Assembly: GCA_043745805.1 (NCBI GenBank)
Contig: JAYTSD010000001.1
Coordinates: 67,680-131,679, forward strand
DNA: 64,000 nt
Direction: 5' to 3'
Source: Fibrobacteria bacterium
GTDB taxonomy: Bacteria; Fibrobacterota; Fibrobacteria; UBA11236
This document shows positions 27,785 through 38,228 of the stretch, one piece after another; positions within the stretch are counted from its first letter, which is position 1, and each line of letters starts with the position of its first letter. The notes below the pieces were generated by a model, which saw nothing but the letters and a program-made list of their open reading frames with translations, was not told the DNA's origin and ran no database searches. Made by a program: the position numbers and the translations under genes.

Positions 27785-28503
27785 TGGCCTTATTATCCTT
27801 GCAAACAGTTTCTACTCGTTACGGTGCCATACAAGCTTTGGACAAAATAGATTTTTACGTGGATCAAGGGGAAATTGTTACCCTCATCGGTGCGAATGGC
27901 GCAGGTAAATCCACCGTATTACGTAGCATTATGCAATTAGTGAAACCGCAAGCTGGGGAAATTTATTTCGATAAAATTTTATTGAATCGTTTGCCTACTC
28001 ATCGCATTGCCGCACTTGGTATTGCTTTGGTTCCGGAAGGTCGTGCCATTTTTGCAAACCTCACGGTACTCGAGAATTTGGAAATGGGAGCTTTTTTACA
28101 AAAAAATAATAATCAACTCAAAATAGATTTAGAACATGTTTATGATTTATTTCCCCGCTTAGCTGAAAGGCAAAAACAAGTGTCGGGTACCTTGAGTGGT
28201 GGTGAGCAGCAAATGCTTGCGATTGGCCGCGCCTTAATGGCTCATCCTAGGCTTATGCTTTTAGACGAACCTTCTTTGGGTATTGCACCACTTTTGGTGC
28301 AAATCATTTATCAGGCTATTGACAAAATTAGTCGTGAAGGCACTACTATTTTATTAGTGGAGCAAAACGCCAATGCGGCCTTACAGCATAGTCATAGAGC
28401 CTATGTGTTAGAAACCGGGAGAATAGTAATGGAAGGTAGATCTTCGGATTTAGCTGTTGATCCGCGTGTGCGTGAAGCATATTTGGGTGAACATGGAGGT
28501 TAA
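27784..28503 (+). CDS. livF: ABC transporter ATP-binding protein LivF
   Basis: Walker A GANGAGKST, signature LSGGEQQMLAIGRAL, Walker B LLDEPSLG. Confidence 0.8.
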   Translation: MALLSLQTVSTRYGAIQALDKIDFYVDQGEIVTLIGANGAGKSTVLRSIMQLVKPQAGEIYFDKILLNRLPTHRIAALGIALVPEGRAIFANLTVLENLEMGAFLQKNNNQLKIDLEHVYDLFPRLAERQKQVSGTLSGGEQQMLAIGRALMAHPRLMLLDEPSLGIAPLLVQIIYQAIDKISREGTTILLVEQNANAALQHSHRAYVLETGRIVMEGRSSDLAVDPRVREAYLGEHGG

Positions 28504-28507
28504 TTTA

Positions 28508-29065
28508 ATGCGAATAAAAATATTATTAATATCCGGTAGCTTGCAAAATAAATCTTCTAATACGGCGCTATTAAATTATTTAATACAAAATACCTCAGAA
28601 AACATTCAATTGGAATTCAGTCAATCTTTGGCAGTTTTGCCACATTACAATTCGGATCTCGATACAGATTCACCTCCTGTATCGGTAGATGTTTTTCGGA
28701 ATCAACTGCTCACTGCGAATGCAGTGATTATTGCTTCTCCTGAATATGCCCATAGTGTTCCCGGATCATTGAAGAATGCATTGGATTGGGTGGTGGGATC
28801 AGGAGAATTAGTCTATAAGCGAGTCGCCATTATGAGCGCCTCACCTGGACTTGATGGGGGTAACAAAGCTTTGGATTTATTGGCTTATATATTAGAAGTT
28901 ATGTCCGCCAAAGTGAGTGGTCGCTTAGGAGTTGATTCGATTCGTAAAAAGGTAGATGCGGATGGAAATATTGTGGACGAAAATACCCTGAAAAATATCA
29001 ATGCTTTTTTTGTTCAATTGGTGAATCAAATTAGGCAAGATATGCTTATTCAGCAAAGTAATTAA
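28508..29065 (+). CDS. NAD(P)H-dependent FMN reductase
   Basis: Flavodoxin-like fold signature (ILLISGSLQNKSSN...AVIIASPEYAHSVPGSLKNALDW). The ATG at 28508 gives MRIKILL; the ORF track starts upstream at 28457. Confidence 0.7.
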   Translation: MRIKILLISGSLQNKSSNTALLNYLIQNTSENIQLEFSQSLAVLPHYNSDLDTDSPPVSVDVFRNQLLTANAVIIASPEYAHSVPGSLKNALDWVVGSGELVYKRVAIMSASPGLDGGNKALDLLAYILEVMSAKVSGRLGVDSIRKKVDADGNIVDENTLKNINAFFVQLVNQIRQDMLIQQSN

Positions 29066-29066
29066 T

Positions 29067-29783
29067 ATGTTACCAGATGCTTTTAAAAAATCATTATGGA
29101 AAAGAGCGATATTTATTTTCTCTACCTTATTAATTTTTAATTGCGCCGAAAACCCTTCCATTGCACACCTTCGGCCAGCGATTAGCCACAAGAAAAAAAG
29201 TCCTAGTCGTGAAAAAACGAATCAAGCTTTTATTCGCAATGCCATTTTAAAATATGGTTCACATGAAGCGGCCTCTCAGCAATATGTAGAAGAAGGATGG
29301 CATAAATTTTATCAAAAGGACTATGCCATTTCTATGAAACGCTTTAATCAGGCTTGGCTCTTGGATTCTTTGAACGGCAATGTCTATTGGGGATTTGCGA
29401 GTATCTTAGGTAATACAGGTAGCTCCATGGATACAGTGATTCACTATTTTCAATGGGCACAAAAATTATTGCCTCAAGACGAAAGACTAAAAGGAAATTT
29501 GGCAAATGCTTATGGATTTTTGGCAGAGCAACAACAAAAAAATCATCAGGAAAATTACCGTCTCAAATATGACACGGCATTTACTTTGTTTATGTCTTTA
29601 AAAACTAGAAAAAGAACCGATGCCGATCTTTATTTACAGTATTGGGGTATTGCTTTAAAAGCTAGAGATGAAAAACAGGTGATTCAGGCACAAATGATTA
29701 TTGACTCTACGGGTATAGTGCCAGAAAATCAAGCATGGCTAGATACTTTGAAAGCAGAATCAAAGAAAAGATTTAGAGATTAA
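29067..29783 (+). CDS. hypothetical secreted helical protein
   Basis: 238 aa with an N-terminal hydrophobic segment and helical TPR-like character. No diagnostic motif. Confidence 0.4.
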   Translation: MLPDAFKKSLWKRAIFIFSTLLIFNCAENPSIAHLRPAISHKKKSPSREKTNQAFIRNAILKYGSHEAASQQYVEEGWHKFYQKDYAISMKRFNQAWLLDSLNGNVYWGFASILGNTGSSMDTVIHYFQWAQKLLPQDERLKGNLANAYGFLAEQQQKNHQENYRLKYDTAFTLFMSLKTRKRTDADLYLQYWGIALKARDEKQVIQAQMIIDSTGIVPENQAWLDTLKAESKKRFRD

Positions 29784-29830
29784 TTTCGAAGTTTTTAAAT
29801 TTTTAAAAGCAGAAATATTTCAAAGTATTA

Positions 29831-30901
29831 TCAATTTTCCCCATTCGCCATTGCAGCGTTTGATTTTTTAGCAGAGGCTAAAATCTGACTTGGAATATCG
29901 TTTAAGGGTAAAATATGTTCCGCGGCCCCAAGTTGAATGGCTTCTTTGGGCATCCCAAATACCACACAGCTTTTTTCGTCTTGGGCAATTGTCGAAGCCC
30001 CGCCATTGCGCATTTCCAGTAAACCCGTAGCCCCATCGGTTCCCATGCCTGTAAGTAGGACTCCGATGGCATTACCTTTTGTTGCCCGTGCAACGGACTT
30101 AAAAAGAATATCTATGGAAGGGCGATGCCGTGATACTAAGGGTCCATCTTTGATTTCCACCCGATAGGTATCGCCTGAGGGACGTAACACCATATGCATA
30201 TTTCCCGGTGCAATTAGGGCGCGACCAGGAATAACTTCGTCCCCATTGGCGGCCTCTTTTACTTCAATCGAGCATAAATTATTTAACCGCTCCGCAAAAG
30301 AATTCGTTAGATATTCTGGTAAATGTTGTACCACAAGAATAGGAGGGGATGCCGCTGGCATTTTTGTTAAAATATCGTGTATAGCTCGAGTTCCTCCTGT
30401 GGAGGCACCAATAGCGATTAATTTTTCAGTGGGTCCATTCCATGGAGCAGGCTTGTCAACAACTGCCTGCGTTTTCCACCAGCTATTTCCAATTTTTGCG
30501 CTGGCCGCAGCAATAATAGCATCTCGCAATAAGAGAGTCATTTCTTCAGCGGATTTTCCAGACTTAGGCTTACATAAAACATCAATGGCCCCATAGGATA
30601 AAGCTTGCATTGCGATTTCACTACCCTTGGGCGATAGAGAGGAAACAATAATTACCGGCATGGGACGATAATGCATAAGTTTCTTTAAAAAAGTAAGCCC
30701 ATCCATATGAGGCATTTCTATATCCAAAGTAATCACATCAGGAGAAAGTTGTAAAATTTTATCACGCGCTACAAAAGGATCCGGTGCGGTTCCTACTACT
30801 TCAATAAGCGGATCTTTGGATAAAGCATTTTGGAGTATGTCTCTTATAGTCGGAGAGTCATCTACTATTAATACTTTGATTTTATTTTTTAGGGTTGTCA
30901 T
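29831..30901 (-). CDS. cheB: chemotaxis methylesterase CheB (operon copy)
   Basis: REC (KVLIVDDSPTIRD...DIEMPHMDGL) plus methylesterase (GASTGGTRAIHD...GMGTDGATGL...VFGMPKEAI). Last gene of the che operon. Confidence 0.85.
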   Translation of the reverse strand: MTTLKNKIKVLIVDDSPTIRDILQNALSKDPLIEVVGTAPDPFVARDKILQLSPDVITLDIEMPHMDGLTFLKKLMHYRPMPVIIVSSLSPKGSEIAMQALSYGAIDVLCKPKSGKSAEEMTLLLRDAIIAAASAKIGNSWWKTQAVVDKPAPWNGPTEKLIAIGASTGGTRAIHDILTKMPAASPPILVVQHLPEYLTNSFAERLNNLCSIEVKEAANGDEVIPGRALIAPGNMHMVLRPSGDTYRVEIKDGPLVSRHRPSIDILFKSVARATKGNAIGVLLTGMGTDGATGLLEMRNGGASTIAQDEKSCVVFGMPKEAIQLGAAEHILPLNDIPSQILASAKKSNAAMANGEN

Positions 30902-30909
30902 GGTGAAAC

Positions 30910-31389
30910 CTATTTTTCAGTTATAGCAGGTTCATTAATAGAGCATCGAATAAGCAATCCTTGATCATCTATGCTTAGTCTTAAAGTGTCAGGATCATTT
31001 AATAGTTCATTACCGGTCAGTGGATTCCAAAAGGTAACCTTGGGAATAGATAAAGAAAATACTACCTGCTCACCCGCATAGGTAGATAAAATATGCCCGC
31101 AGGCTACATTGAGCAATTCTTTCAAAGCATCTAATGATTTGGTAGGAAGATCTGGATCATCAATATCTTCACCGAGTATATTGGCTGCTAATTCAATGGC
31201 TATTTTTTGAGGTACCACTAAAATAAGTTCTCCAGTTGTATGTCCAGAAAAAGACATTTCGGCACAAAAATATTCAGTATCTGGATCAGGAAAAATTTCA
31301 GGTTCTTCAGGTTCGGTAAATAAAAAAGCTTGTTTTTCTAAAACTCCCGAAAGTACTTGATAGAGTAATTTAGTTGGAATGTTACGCAT
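30910..31389 (-). CDS. CheX/CheC-family CheY-P phosphatase (probable)
   Basis: 159 aa, acidic. Has the E..N.xxG motif region (ELLNVACGHILST) typical of the CheC/CheX family, and sits between cheY and cheB. Confidence 0.5.
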   Translation of the reverse strand: MRNIPTKLLYQVLSGVLEKQAFLFTEPEEPEIFPDPDTEYFCAEMSFSGHTTGELILVVPQKIAIELAANILGEDIDDPDLPTKSLDALKELLNVACGHILSTYAGEQVVFSLSIPKVTFWNPLTGNELLNDPDTLRLSIDDQGLLIRCSINEPAITEK

Positions 31390-31768
31390 CGAATACCCCC
31401 AAAATATCTTGTATGGTAGATTTTAAATTTTCCGGACGAAAAGGTTTGCGAATAAAAGCTTTAATACCTTTTTCATGAAGCTCTTGTATACGCGTAGCGC
31501 TTCCTTCTGTGGAAACCATAATAATTGGGATAGTTTTATACAGTTCATTTTCCTGCATTTTATTCACCAATTCTATGCCTCCCATAATAGGCATATTCAC
31601 ATCAGCAAAAACTAAATCAATCCATTCCTTGCCTAAAATTTCTAAGGCTTCAACGCCATTACCCGCTTGATAAAGTGTGCCGATGGGCAATTCGCTTAAC
31701 CCTAAGGTTTTACAAATCACCGCGCGTACTGTTTCTGAATCATCTACAATTAGCATATTTAGCGCCAT
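31382..31768 (-). CDS. cheY: chemotaxis response regulator CheY
   Basis: 128-aa stand-alone REC (LIVDDSETVR...DVNMPIMGG...K). Confidence 0.85.
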   Translation of the reverse strand: MALNMLIVDDSETVRAVICKTLGLSELPIGTLYQAGNGVEALEILGKEWIDLVFADVNMPIMGGIELVNKMQENELYKTIPIIMVSTEGSATRIQELHEKGIKAFIRKPFRPENLKSTIQDILGVFDA

Positions 31769-31796
31769 ATTGTTTGCCTCTTCTGTTTATTTAATT

Positions 31797-32273
31797 TCAT
31801 AATTTTCTTTCGCTTCCGGCGATTTTCAAAACCGTTATTCCCGTATCAAGATGTAAAGACATGGTGCGTGGAACCGATCCACCTACATCTTCACCAGAAA
31901 TGAGAATATTGTTTTTCCAAAGAACTTTTCTCAAAACGGTATAATTGCGTTCGCCAATATTAAAAGTTTTATTGTCATCTAATATTTGAGATCCACCCGC
32001 AACTTTAGCGATTATGGTTTTACGGGTAGCACCTAGATCAAACATTTTTTGCATAAAGGCCGAAACACCAGTGTCCACATAAAGAAAAGGATTATTATCT
32101 GCCTTCTCCGGATTTATTTTTGACATGGGCATCATGCAATGTATGAGGCCTCCGCAACGGATATTGGGATCATAAAGAGTAATTCCCAAACAGGAACCTA
32201 AAGAATAAGTGATTAGCGTATCGGTAGGATTATTCGATATCGCTAGATCAGCTATGCCAATAACAATATTCAT
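31797..32273 (-). CDS. cheD: chemoreceptor glutamine deamidase CheD
   Basis: 158 aa. CheD signature LGSCLGITLYDP...GGLIHCMMP. Confidence 0.8.
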   Translation of the reverse strand: MNIVIGIADLAISNNPTDTLITYSLGSCLGITLYDPNIRCGGLIHCMMPMSKINPEKADNNPFLYVDTGVSAFMQKMFDLGATRKTIIAKVAGGSQILDDNKTFNIGERNYTVLRKVLWKNNILISGEDVGGSVPRTMSLHLDTGITVLKIAGSERKL

Positions 32274-32274
32274 T

Positions 32275-33075
32275 TTAACCTTTGAAATAAACTGCAGGTT
32301 TAAGGTATTTAAATTGATGATTTATAGAGGATAGGCTTTCAGAATGCCCCACAAAAAAAATACCGCCAGGTTTTAGTAAACGATAAATGTCGTTTATCAA
32401 TCGAGTGCGGACGGTGTTATCAAAATAAATCATTACATTTCGGCAAAAAACCATATCAAATGGGCCTCGCATAGGGAAGGGAGGTGAAGATAAATTTATT
32501 CGAGAAAAAGTTACCCTATTGCGAATTTCATCCGTCACTTGTATTTGTTCTTTATCGGGAGTAGAGGAAAAATATTTTTTGTATTCCTTGGGAATAGCGG
32601 CTACCCGTGATTTTTCATACACCCCATTTTTGGCGAGACTTAAAACACGGGTGGAGATATCGGTTGCTAATATTTTAATATCCGCAGATTCCCCATGCAT
32701 AACCTCTGCAAGGGTCATGGCTAAAGAATAGGGTTCTTCTCCTGTTGAGCTAGCGGCCGACCAAAAGCGAAATTTTTTCTGACCACGATCCAACCATTTA
32801 GAAAAAACCTTGGAGGCGTAGTCAAAATGTTCTGACTCTCGAAAAAAATGGGTTATATTAGTAGAAATGGCATCGATCATTTCCACCATTTCATTTTCAT
32901 TTCGTTCCTCTTTTATAAATTTCAAATAGTCATCAAAGGAATTCATTTCCAATTTACGCATACGCTTACCAATGCGCGAAGTGACTAAAGATTCTTTTCC
33001 TTTATCCATACAAATACCAGTTTTCGTATAAATGAAGTCGCTGAAATTTTGAAAAGATTTTCCCGAAAGTTCCAT
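32275..33075 (-). CDS. cheR: chemotaxis protein methyltransferase CheR
   Basis: 266 aa. N-terminal all-helical CheR domain plus SAM-dependent MTase motifs (FRFWSAASSTGEEPYSLAM...FCRNVMIYF). Confidence 0.85.
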   Translation of the reverse strand: MELSGKSFQNFSDFIYTKTGICMDKGKESLVTSRIGKRMRKLEMNSFDDYLKFIKEERNENEMVEMIDAISTNITHFFRESEHFDYASKVFSKWLDRGQKKFRFWSAASSTGEEPYSLAMTLAEVMHGESADIKILATDISTRVLSLAKNGVYEKSRVAAIPKEYKKYFSSTPDKEQIQVTDEIRNRVTFSRINLSSPPFPMRGPFDMVFCRNVMIYFDNTVRTRLINDIYRLLKPGGIFFVGHSESLSSINHQFKYLKPAVYFKG

Positions 33076-33108
33076 GTTACTGCCTTAAAGTTTTGAAAGC
33101 GTTGTAGC

Positions 33109-34770
33109 TTAAAATTCTTTTAACTCCGCTTCGGTAAGAGGAATAACGGCTTCTGCATTTTCCGAATTAGATTGTCTTGCGACGGCTTGCCATCCTCCAG
33201 ATTTTGCGACCACGCGATTCGTTTCATGAGTTCTACTATTGAAATGACTTTTGGTTTTGTTCAGACTTGATTTTTGAAAGGAGGGTTTCATGGCATTTCC
33301 ATAGGAGACTGGCATTTCTCTCGAAACATTTTCACCATTAGAATTTCCTCTGACAATATTCACTAGTATGTTAACCATTCCATTCAATTCTTTGGCTTGA
33401 GCGGATAACTCCTCACTGGCGGAAGCCGATTCTTCCGCACTCGAAGCATTTGCTTGTGTAAGCTTATCCATTTGTGTTACTGCTGTTCCGATTTGTTCAA
33501 TCCCTTTAGATTGTTCTTCGCTGGCAGAGGATACATCGCCAATAAGCTGGGTAAGGCTTTGTACATTATCCACAATTTGACTTAATAAGTTGGCCACTTC
33601 TTGAGAAACTAGTACTCCATTATCGGCATTTTTTTGTGACTCTTCAATTAAAGCCGAAGTATTTTTTGCGGCCTCAGCGCTGCGTTGTGCTAAATTACGA
33701 ACTTCCTCAGCAACGACTGCAAAGCCTTTGCCTGCATCTCCTGCACGCGCCGCTTCGACAGCGGCATTCAAAGCCAATAGATTGGTTTGAAAGGCAATTT
33801 CATCAATAGTTTTTACAATTTTGGCGGTTTGATCGGAAGAGGTTTTGATTTGGTTAATCGCTGAGCCCATCTTTTTCATAGTTCCCATACATTTTTCTAA
33901 GGCCTGACGAGTTGAATTTGCCATGCTATTCGCTTGTTTGGAACTCTCGCTATTTTGTTTGGTCATGGAAGACATTTCTTCCAAAGATGCAGAAGTTTCT
34001 TCTAAAGAAGAAGCCTGTTCACTAGCCCCTTCAGCCATTTGTTGGCTGGTTTGAGAAACTTGATTGGATGCAGAGGAAACCTGCTCGCTACCTTCAGTAA
34101 GGCTGCTGATAACATTATTAAGGGCATTAGAAATGGAGCGACTTAGTAAAACACCAATGGCAGTACCCACAGCCAATGCTAAAAGTAATCCAATAACAAT
34201 ACCGCTTTTCGCAGAATTTACTGCTTGGGTGATTTCTTTTCCGAAAATTTTGCCATTATCATGGTTATAGTCAGTTAAAACCTGCAGAGATTCCTTATAT
34301 TTTTCAAATACCGAAATGTATTGGTTTGTGAACATAGCTATTGCTTCTTTGGACTTGCCGGATTTGCTCATATTTAAAATGGTATTTCGCATTTCCCCGT
34401 TTTGTATTTTTAATGGGCCAATAGCAGAAAATAATTCTTGGTCTTTACCGAGGTTAATAGTTGCTTCATAGGCTTTTAAAAACGCTCCAGTTTTCTCATT
34501 GTTATCAGCAATTCGCTTTTCTATTGCTTCTTTTTCTTCCTTTGTTTCTGACAATAAACTTTGTCCGAGTAAAGACACATTTGTAAGTGCTAAGGCTTCA
34601 GCACCCGATATTGCCGCTACACCAGGCAAAGCATCTTCAGTAACTTTTTTTGATACTTCTTTGATGATGACTAAACGAGAATAAGCAAAAGCACCTAAAC
34701 AACCCGCTATTAATAGAACTATAAAAAACCCCAAATATAATTTGGCACTCAAACTAAAACCTTTTAACAT
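33109..34770 (-). CDS. methyl-accepting chemotaxis protein
   Basis: 553 aa: TM, ~160-aa helical periplasmic sensor, TM, HAMP, and a methyl-accepting signalling domain with the conserved hairpin region ([14 protein letters not shown]..., [37 protein letters not shown]). Confidence 0.85.
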   Translation of the reverse strand: MLKGFSLSAKLYLGFFIVLLIAGCLGAFAYSRLVIIKEVSKKVTEDALPGVAAISGAEALALTNVSLLGQSLLSETKEEKEAIEKRIADNNEKTGAFLKAYEATINLGKDQELFSAIGPLKIQNGEMRNTILNMSKSGKSKEAIAMFTNQYISVFEKYKESLQVLTDYNHDNGKIFGKEITQAVNSAKSGIVIGLLLALAVGTAIGVLLSRSISNALNNVISSLTEGSEQVSSASNQVSQTSQQMAEGASEQASSLEETSASLEEMSSMTKQNSESSKQANSMANSTRQALEKCMGTMKKMGSAINQIKTSSDQTAKIVKTIDEIAFQTNLLALNAAVEAARAGDAGKGFAVVAEEVRNLAQRSAEAAKNTSALIEESQKNADNGVLVSQEVANLLSQIVDNVQSLTQLIGDVSSASEEQSKGIEQIGTAVTQMDKLTQANASSAEESASASEELSAQAKELNGMVNILVNIVRGNSNGENVSREMPVSYGNAMKPSFQKSSLNKTKSHFNSRTHETNRVVAKSGGWQAVARQSNSENAEAVIPLTEAELKEF

Positions 34771-34806
34771 ACCTACTCCTTTATTGATTTTTAATTAAAA
34801 ATATTT

Positions 34807-35319
34807 TTATGCTATTTTTTCAACTAATCCAATTTCTTTATCAGACAGCACTTTATCCACATCAAGCAGCATAATAACCTTATGGACCACTTTACCCATG
34901 CCCAAAATAAAATCTGTATTCACACTTGCCCCAAAGGCTGGTGCAGATTCAATTTGGTCAATAGGAATATTTAATACCTCAGAAACTTCATCGACAATAA
35001 GCCCCATGATAATGTTGGTGGTAGCTAGGTTTACCTGTACCACTATAATACAGGTCCTTTCGGTATCTTCTAATCCTTGCATTTCAAATTTATTGCGTAG
35101 TTCAATAACGGGAATAACTTTGCCTCTTAAATTAATAACCCCTCTTACAAAGGAAGGCGTTCGAGGAATATGTGTTACGGTCATCATACCAATTATTTCT
35201 TGCACTTTTAAAATCTCAATACCATAAATTTCTTTACCTAACTGAAAGGTCAGGTACTTACCTCCTTTAGCAGCAATTGAAGGTGAATTTTTATGTTCTG
35301 TGAGAGTGTCTACGGCCAT
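34807..35319 (-). CDS. cheW: chemotaxis coupling protein CheW
   Basis: 170 aa. CheW domain (KYLTFQLGKEIYGIEILKVQEI...LRGKVIPVIELRNKF). Confidence 0.85.
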   Translation of the reverse strand: MAVDTLTEHKNSPSIAAKGGKYLTFQLGKEIYGIEILKVQEIIGMMTVTHIPRTPSFVRGVINLRGKVIPVIELRNKFEMQGLEDTERTCIIVVQVNLATTNIIMGLIVDEVSEVLNIPIDQIESAPAFGASVNTDFILGMGKVVHKVIMLLDVDKVLSDKEIGLVEKIA

Positions 35320-35348
35320 ATTTTCCTTTCCAATAATATTTTCAGATA

Positions 35349-38015
35349 TTAATTTTGCATAGTTAAATGGGTTTCATTGGCAACCGGAAGCCAGTCTTGA
35401 TTTGTTACCTGTTTTGAGGGCTTACCCTTTTCCGCCAACATACTTTTAAGTAAACCATCGACATCTAGAATTATTCCCACACAACCATCCGAAAGAATAG
35501 TGCCGCCTGTTAATCCGGGAATATTTTTAAAAGTTTCCCCTAAACTTTTAATCACTGTTTGTTGTTGCCCCATTAATTCATCAACAATAAAGCCCGTTTG
35601 TTGATGATTGGATTCAACAATTACAGCTAATTTTAGCCGTACATCATTGGATTTAATTGGTATTTGGAAAAAATCTTGCAAAGAAAAAAGTGGAATTAAG
35701 CTTCCATTTAAAGAAAGCATTTCTCCTTTTTCCACACAAGTTGTAATATCCTTAGGATTGATGGCCACAATACGCACTACCGAAAGGGTAGGGAAAATAT
35801 AACGCTCTCTTCCAACACGAACGACCATGCCATCGATAATGGCAAGCGTGAGCGGCAACCAAATACTAAAAGTGGTACCGACATTTTTTTCAGAATGAAT
35901 TTCAATACGGCCACGTAATAATTCAATATTACGTTTTACTACATCCATGCCAACACCGCGACCGGATACTTCAGTAATTTCGCTGGCGGTAGAAAATCCC
36001 GCTTCAAAAATAAAACCCCAAATATCTTTGTCAGTTAAATTACTTTCATCTTTCACCAAGCCTCTTTCTTTAGCCTTGGCAAGAATGGAATCGCGATTTA
36101 AACCTCGACCATCATCTTTGATTTCCAAACAAACATTGCCCCCTTTTTGAAATGCGCTTAGTTTGACTTGGGCAATAGGGGGCTTCCTATATCGTACTCG
36201 ATCTTCTGGATTTGTTTCAATTCCATGATCAACGGAATTACGTAACATATGAACTAATGGATCCCCAATTCTGTCTACAACAGTTTTATCGAGTTCAATT
36301 TCTTCACCAAAGCAAACAAACTCCACATTTTTTCCACTTTTTTTTCCAAGATCTCGAACCAGACGAGACATTTTTTGAAACAATGGTCTTACAGGAACCA
36401 TGCGTAAGGACGTTCCCATATTTTGCAGTTCACGTGTAATTTTGTCTAATTGCATTAATTGTTGCAGTAACTTAGGAGACACCTTTCTTTTTAATTCTGG
36501 AGACTGTACAATCATGGTTTCCACAATAACCAATTCCCCAATATTGTCTAAAAGGCGATCTAAGCGATCAGCCTCTACTTTAACTGTCTCTTTGATAGTT
36601 AGGGCCGAGTTTTCTTTATCTGCTTGCTTTTGCTCCCTTAATGCATGCGTTACAGTTTGTGCATCGACACTACCATGTTGCACCAAAATTTGCCCAAGGG
36701 GCACATGTCTTTGTGATTCATTTTGTAAAGCAATAGCTTGAACAATAATTTCTTTTTCCACGGCACCCGATTTTATTAAAATATCACCCAATTTACTTCC
36801 GGGAATTACGGTGGTTTTTTCTTTTGATGATTTCGTGATAGCTTCGCCCGCATTCGCTTGACGAATCTTTTTTAATAGCAAACTTATTACTGCATCTTGA
36901 GGTCTATCACCGTGGCCTTCTTTTACATGACCCACAAGCGTTTTCATCATCCCCACTGATTCAAAGACACAATCCAACAATTCGCCTTGAAGAACAATGA
37001 GCGCTTCACGAGCCTTGTCTAAAAGACTTTCCGTTTCATGAGCCAACGTTTTGATGGTGCTTAATTCTAAAAATCCTGCCAATCCTTTTATACTATGAAA
37101 GGCACGAAATACGGCGTCTAAAGACTCTTTTCGATGAGGATCCACTTCTAAATCCATAAGATGTACATCGGAGACATCTAAATGCTCTAGAGCTTCCACA
37201 ATAAAATCCGCAAGTATGCTCGGATCCATTTCCAAAGCCGAGCTTGTAGGCCCTTCAATTATTTCATGGCCAGAAAGGTAATTTTGGTCCTCAAACCTTT
37301 TTAAAAATGAATTAATTGCCTCGGGTTGTATTGTCTTGGAAGTGTAACTTTTGAAAGTGCTACCCAACCAATCTAAAACTTTTAATAAAACATCTGTATT
37401 ATTAGGTTTGGCCTTTTCAATAAAACCTTCGGTAGCATGACAAATTTTTTCAACATCATCTAAACCCAAAATAGCGGATTCACCTTTTAGGTTATGGAGA
37501 ATTCCCTGTAGTTGTCGGAGCGTCGATGGGTCCGCAGATTTTTCTAAAGCTAAAACACAACTTTCCATTTCTTCTAAGCGACTATCTTGACGTGATAAAA
37601 AATCAGAAAATATTTTTTCATCTACATTGGCCGGTAATCCTCGAACGACTTCAATTTCATCCGGTAAGTTTTTTCTTGACGAAGGTTCGGCCTCTTCTGG
37701 AAACAAATCTTGCAGGGCTTCTAAATTCTTTGTGACATTGTTTAAGGTATTTTCTTTTTCTATACCCACCGCCATATTAAGGTTTTCCAGAAGATTTTGC
37801 GTAAACTTACAGAGTTCAGTAGCTTGTGAGTTACCTTCTTTTAAAGCCCAATCATAAACTTCTTTTAAGCGAAGATGAATTTGAGCCTGGGCAGCAAAAT
37901 CATCATGAGCAATTAAAACAAAATCTTCAATTAGGGCGCGAATTTTTTGTAAGCCGATTTTTTCATTCATTTGGACGCTTTTCGTTTCAGGCAAAATAAG
38001 TTTACAGAGTATCAT
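35349..38015 (-). CDS. cheA: chemotaxis histidine kinase CheA (two Hpt domains)
   Basis: 888 aa. Two Hpt-like segments (HNLKGESAILG ; FHSIKGLAGFL), a dimerisation domain, HATPase (DHGIE...GRGVGMDVV) and a C-terminal CheW-like P5 domain. Confidence 0.9.
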   Translation of the reverse strand: MILCKLILPETKSVQMNEKIGLQKIRALIEDFVLIAHDDFAAQAQIHLRLKEVYDWALKEGNSQATELCKFTQNLLENLNMAVGIEKENTLNNVTKNLEALQDLFPEEAEPSSRKNLPDEIEVVRGLPANVDEKIFSDFLSRQDSRLEEMESCVLALEKSADPSTLRQLQGILHNLKGESAILGLDDVEKICHATEGFIEKAKPNNTDVLLKVLDWLGSTFKSYTSKTIQPEAINSFLKRFEDQNYLSGHEIIEGPTSSALEMDPSILADFIVEALEHLDVSDVHLMDLEVDPHRKESLDAVFRAFHSIKGLAGFLELSTIKTLAHETESLLDKAREALIVLQGELLDCVFESVGMMKTLVGHVKEGHGDRPQDAVISLLLKKIRQANAGEAITKSSKEKTTVIPGSKLGDILIKSGAVEKEIIVQAIALQNESQRHVPLGQILVQHGSVDAQTVTHALREQKQADKENSALTIKETVKVEADRLDRLLDNIGELVIVETMIVQSPELKRKVSPKLLQQLMQLDKITRELQNMGTSLRMVPVRPLFQKMSRLVRDLGKKSGKNVEFVCFGEEIELDKTVVDRIGDPLVHMLRNSVDHGIETNPEDRVRYRKPPIAQVKLSAFQKGGNVCLEIKDDGRGLNRDSILAKAKERGLVKDESNLTDKDIWGFIFEAGFSTASEITEVSGRGVGMDVVKRNIELLRGRIEIHSEKNVGTTFSIWLPLTLAIIDGMVVRVGRERYIFPTLSVVRIVAINPKDITTCVEKGEMLSLNGSLIPLFSLQDFFQIPIKSNDVRLKLAVIVESNHQQTGFIVDELMGQQQTVIKSLGETFKNIPGLTGGTILSDGCVGIILDVDGLLKSMLAEKGKPSKQVTNQDWLPVANETHLTMQN

Positions 38016-38212
38016 ATCAAAATGTCAAGTATTGGTGGAAAAAAAATAAATTTTTTTTTAGCAAAACGACTTTGATAATATTAATGAAATTATTCAAATG
38101 CATTTTAATGTTCGTGTTAAATATTGTTATAATTATCACAATAATTATCAAAAAAATAGCATCAAATATAGAGTGATTTAAAAATGATTACGCGACTACT
38201 AAATAAAAGTCT

Positions 38213-38228
38213 GCAAAGATTATGCCAT
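38213..38228 (-). promoter_or_regulatory. sigma-54-type -24/-12 element TGGCATaatctTTGCA (read on minus strand)
   Basis: The plus strand reads tgcaaagattatgcca, whose reverse complement is TGGCAT-N5-TTGCA. It is ~200 bp upstream of cheA and oriented toward the che operon. Confidence 0.5.

Noticed and set aside
28457-28507. Upstream extension of the FMN reductase ORF overlapping livF
   Set aside because: The extension lacks similarity to the family, and the internal ATG at 28508 immediately after the livF stop gives the conserved MRIKILLISGS start.
38135-38160. Short direct repeat aataattatca x2 in the cheA leader, considered as an iteron or mobile-element end
   Set aside because: Low-complexity AT-rich sequence in which such repeats arise by chance. 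It is kept only as part of the leader-region finding.
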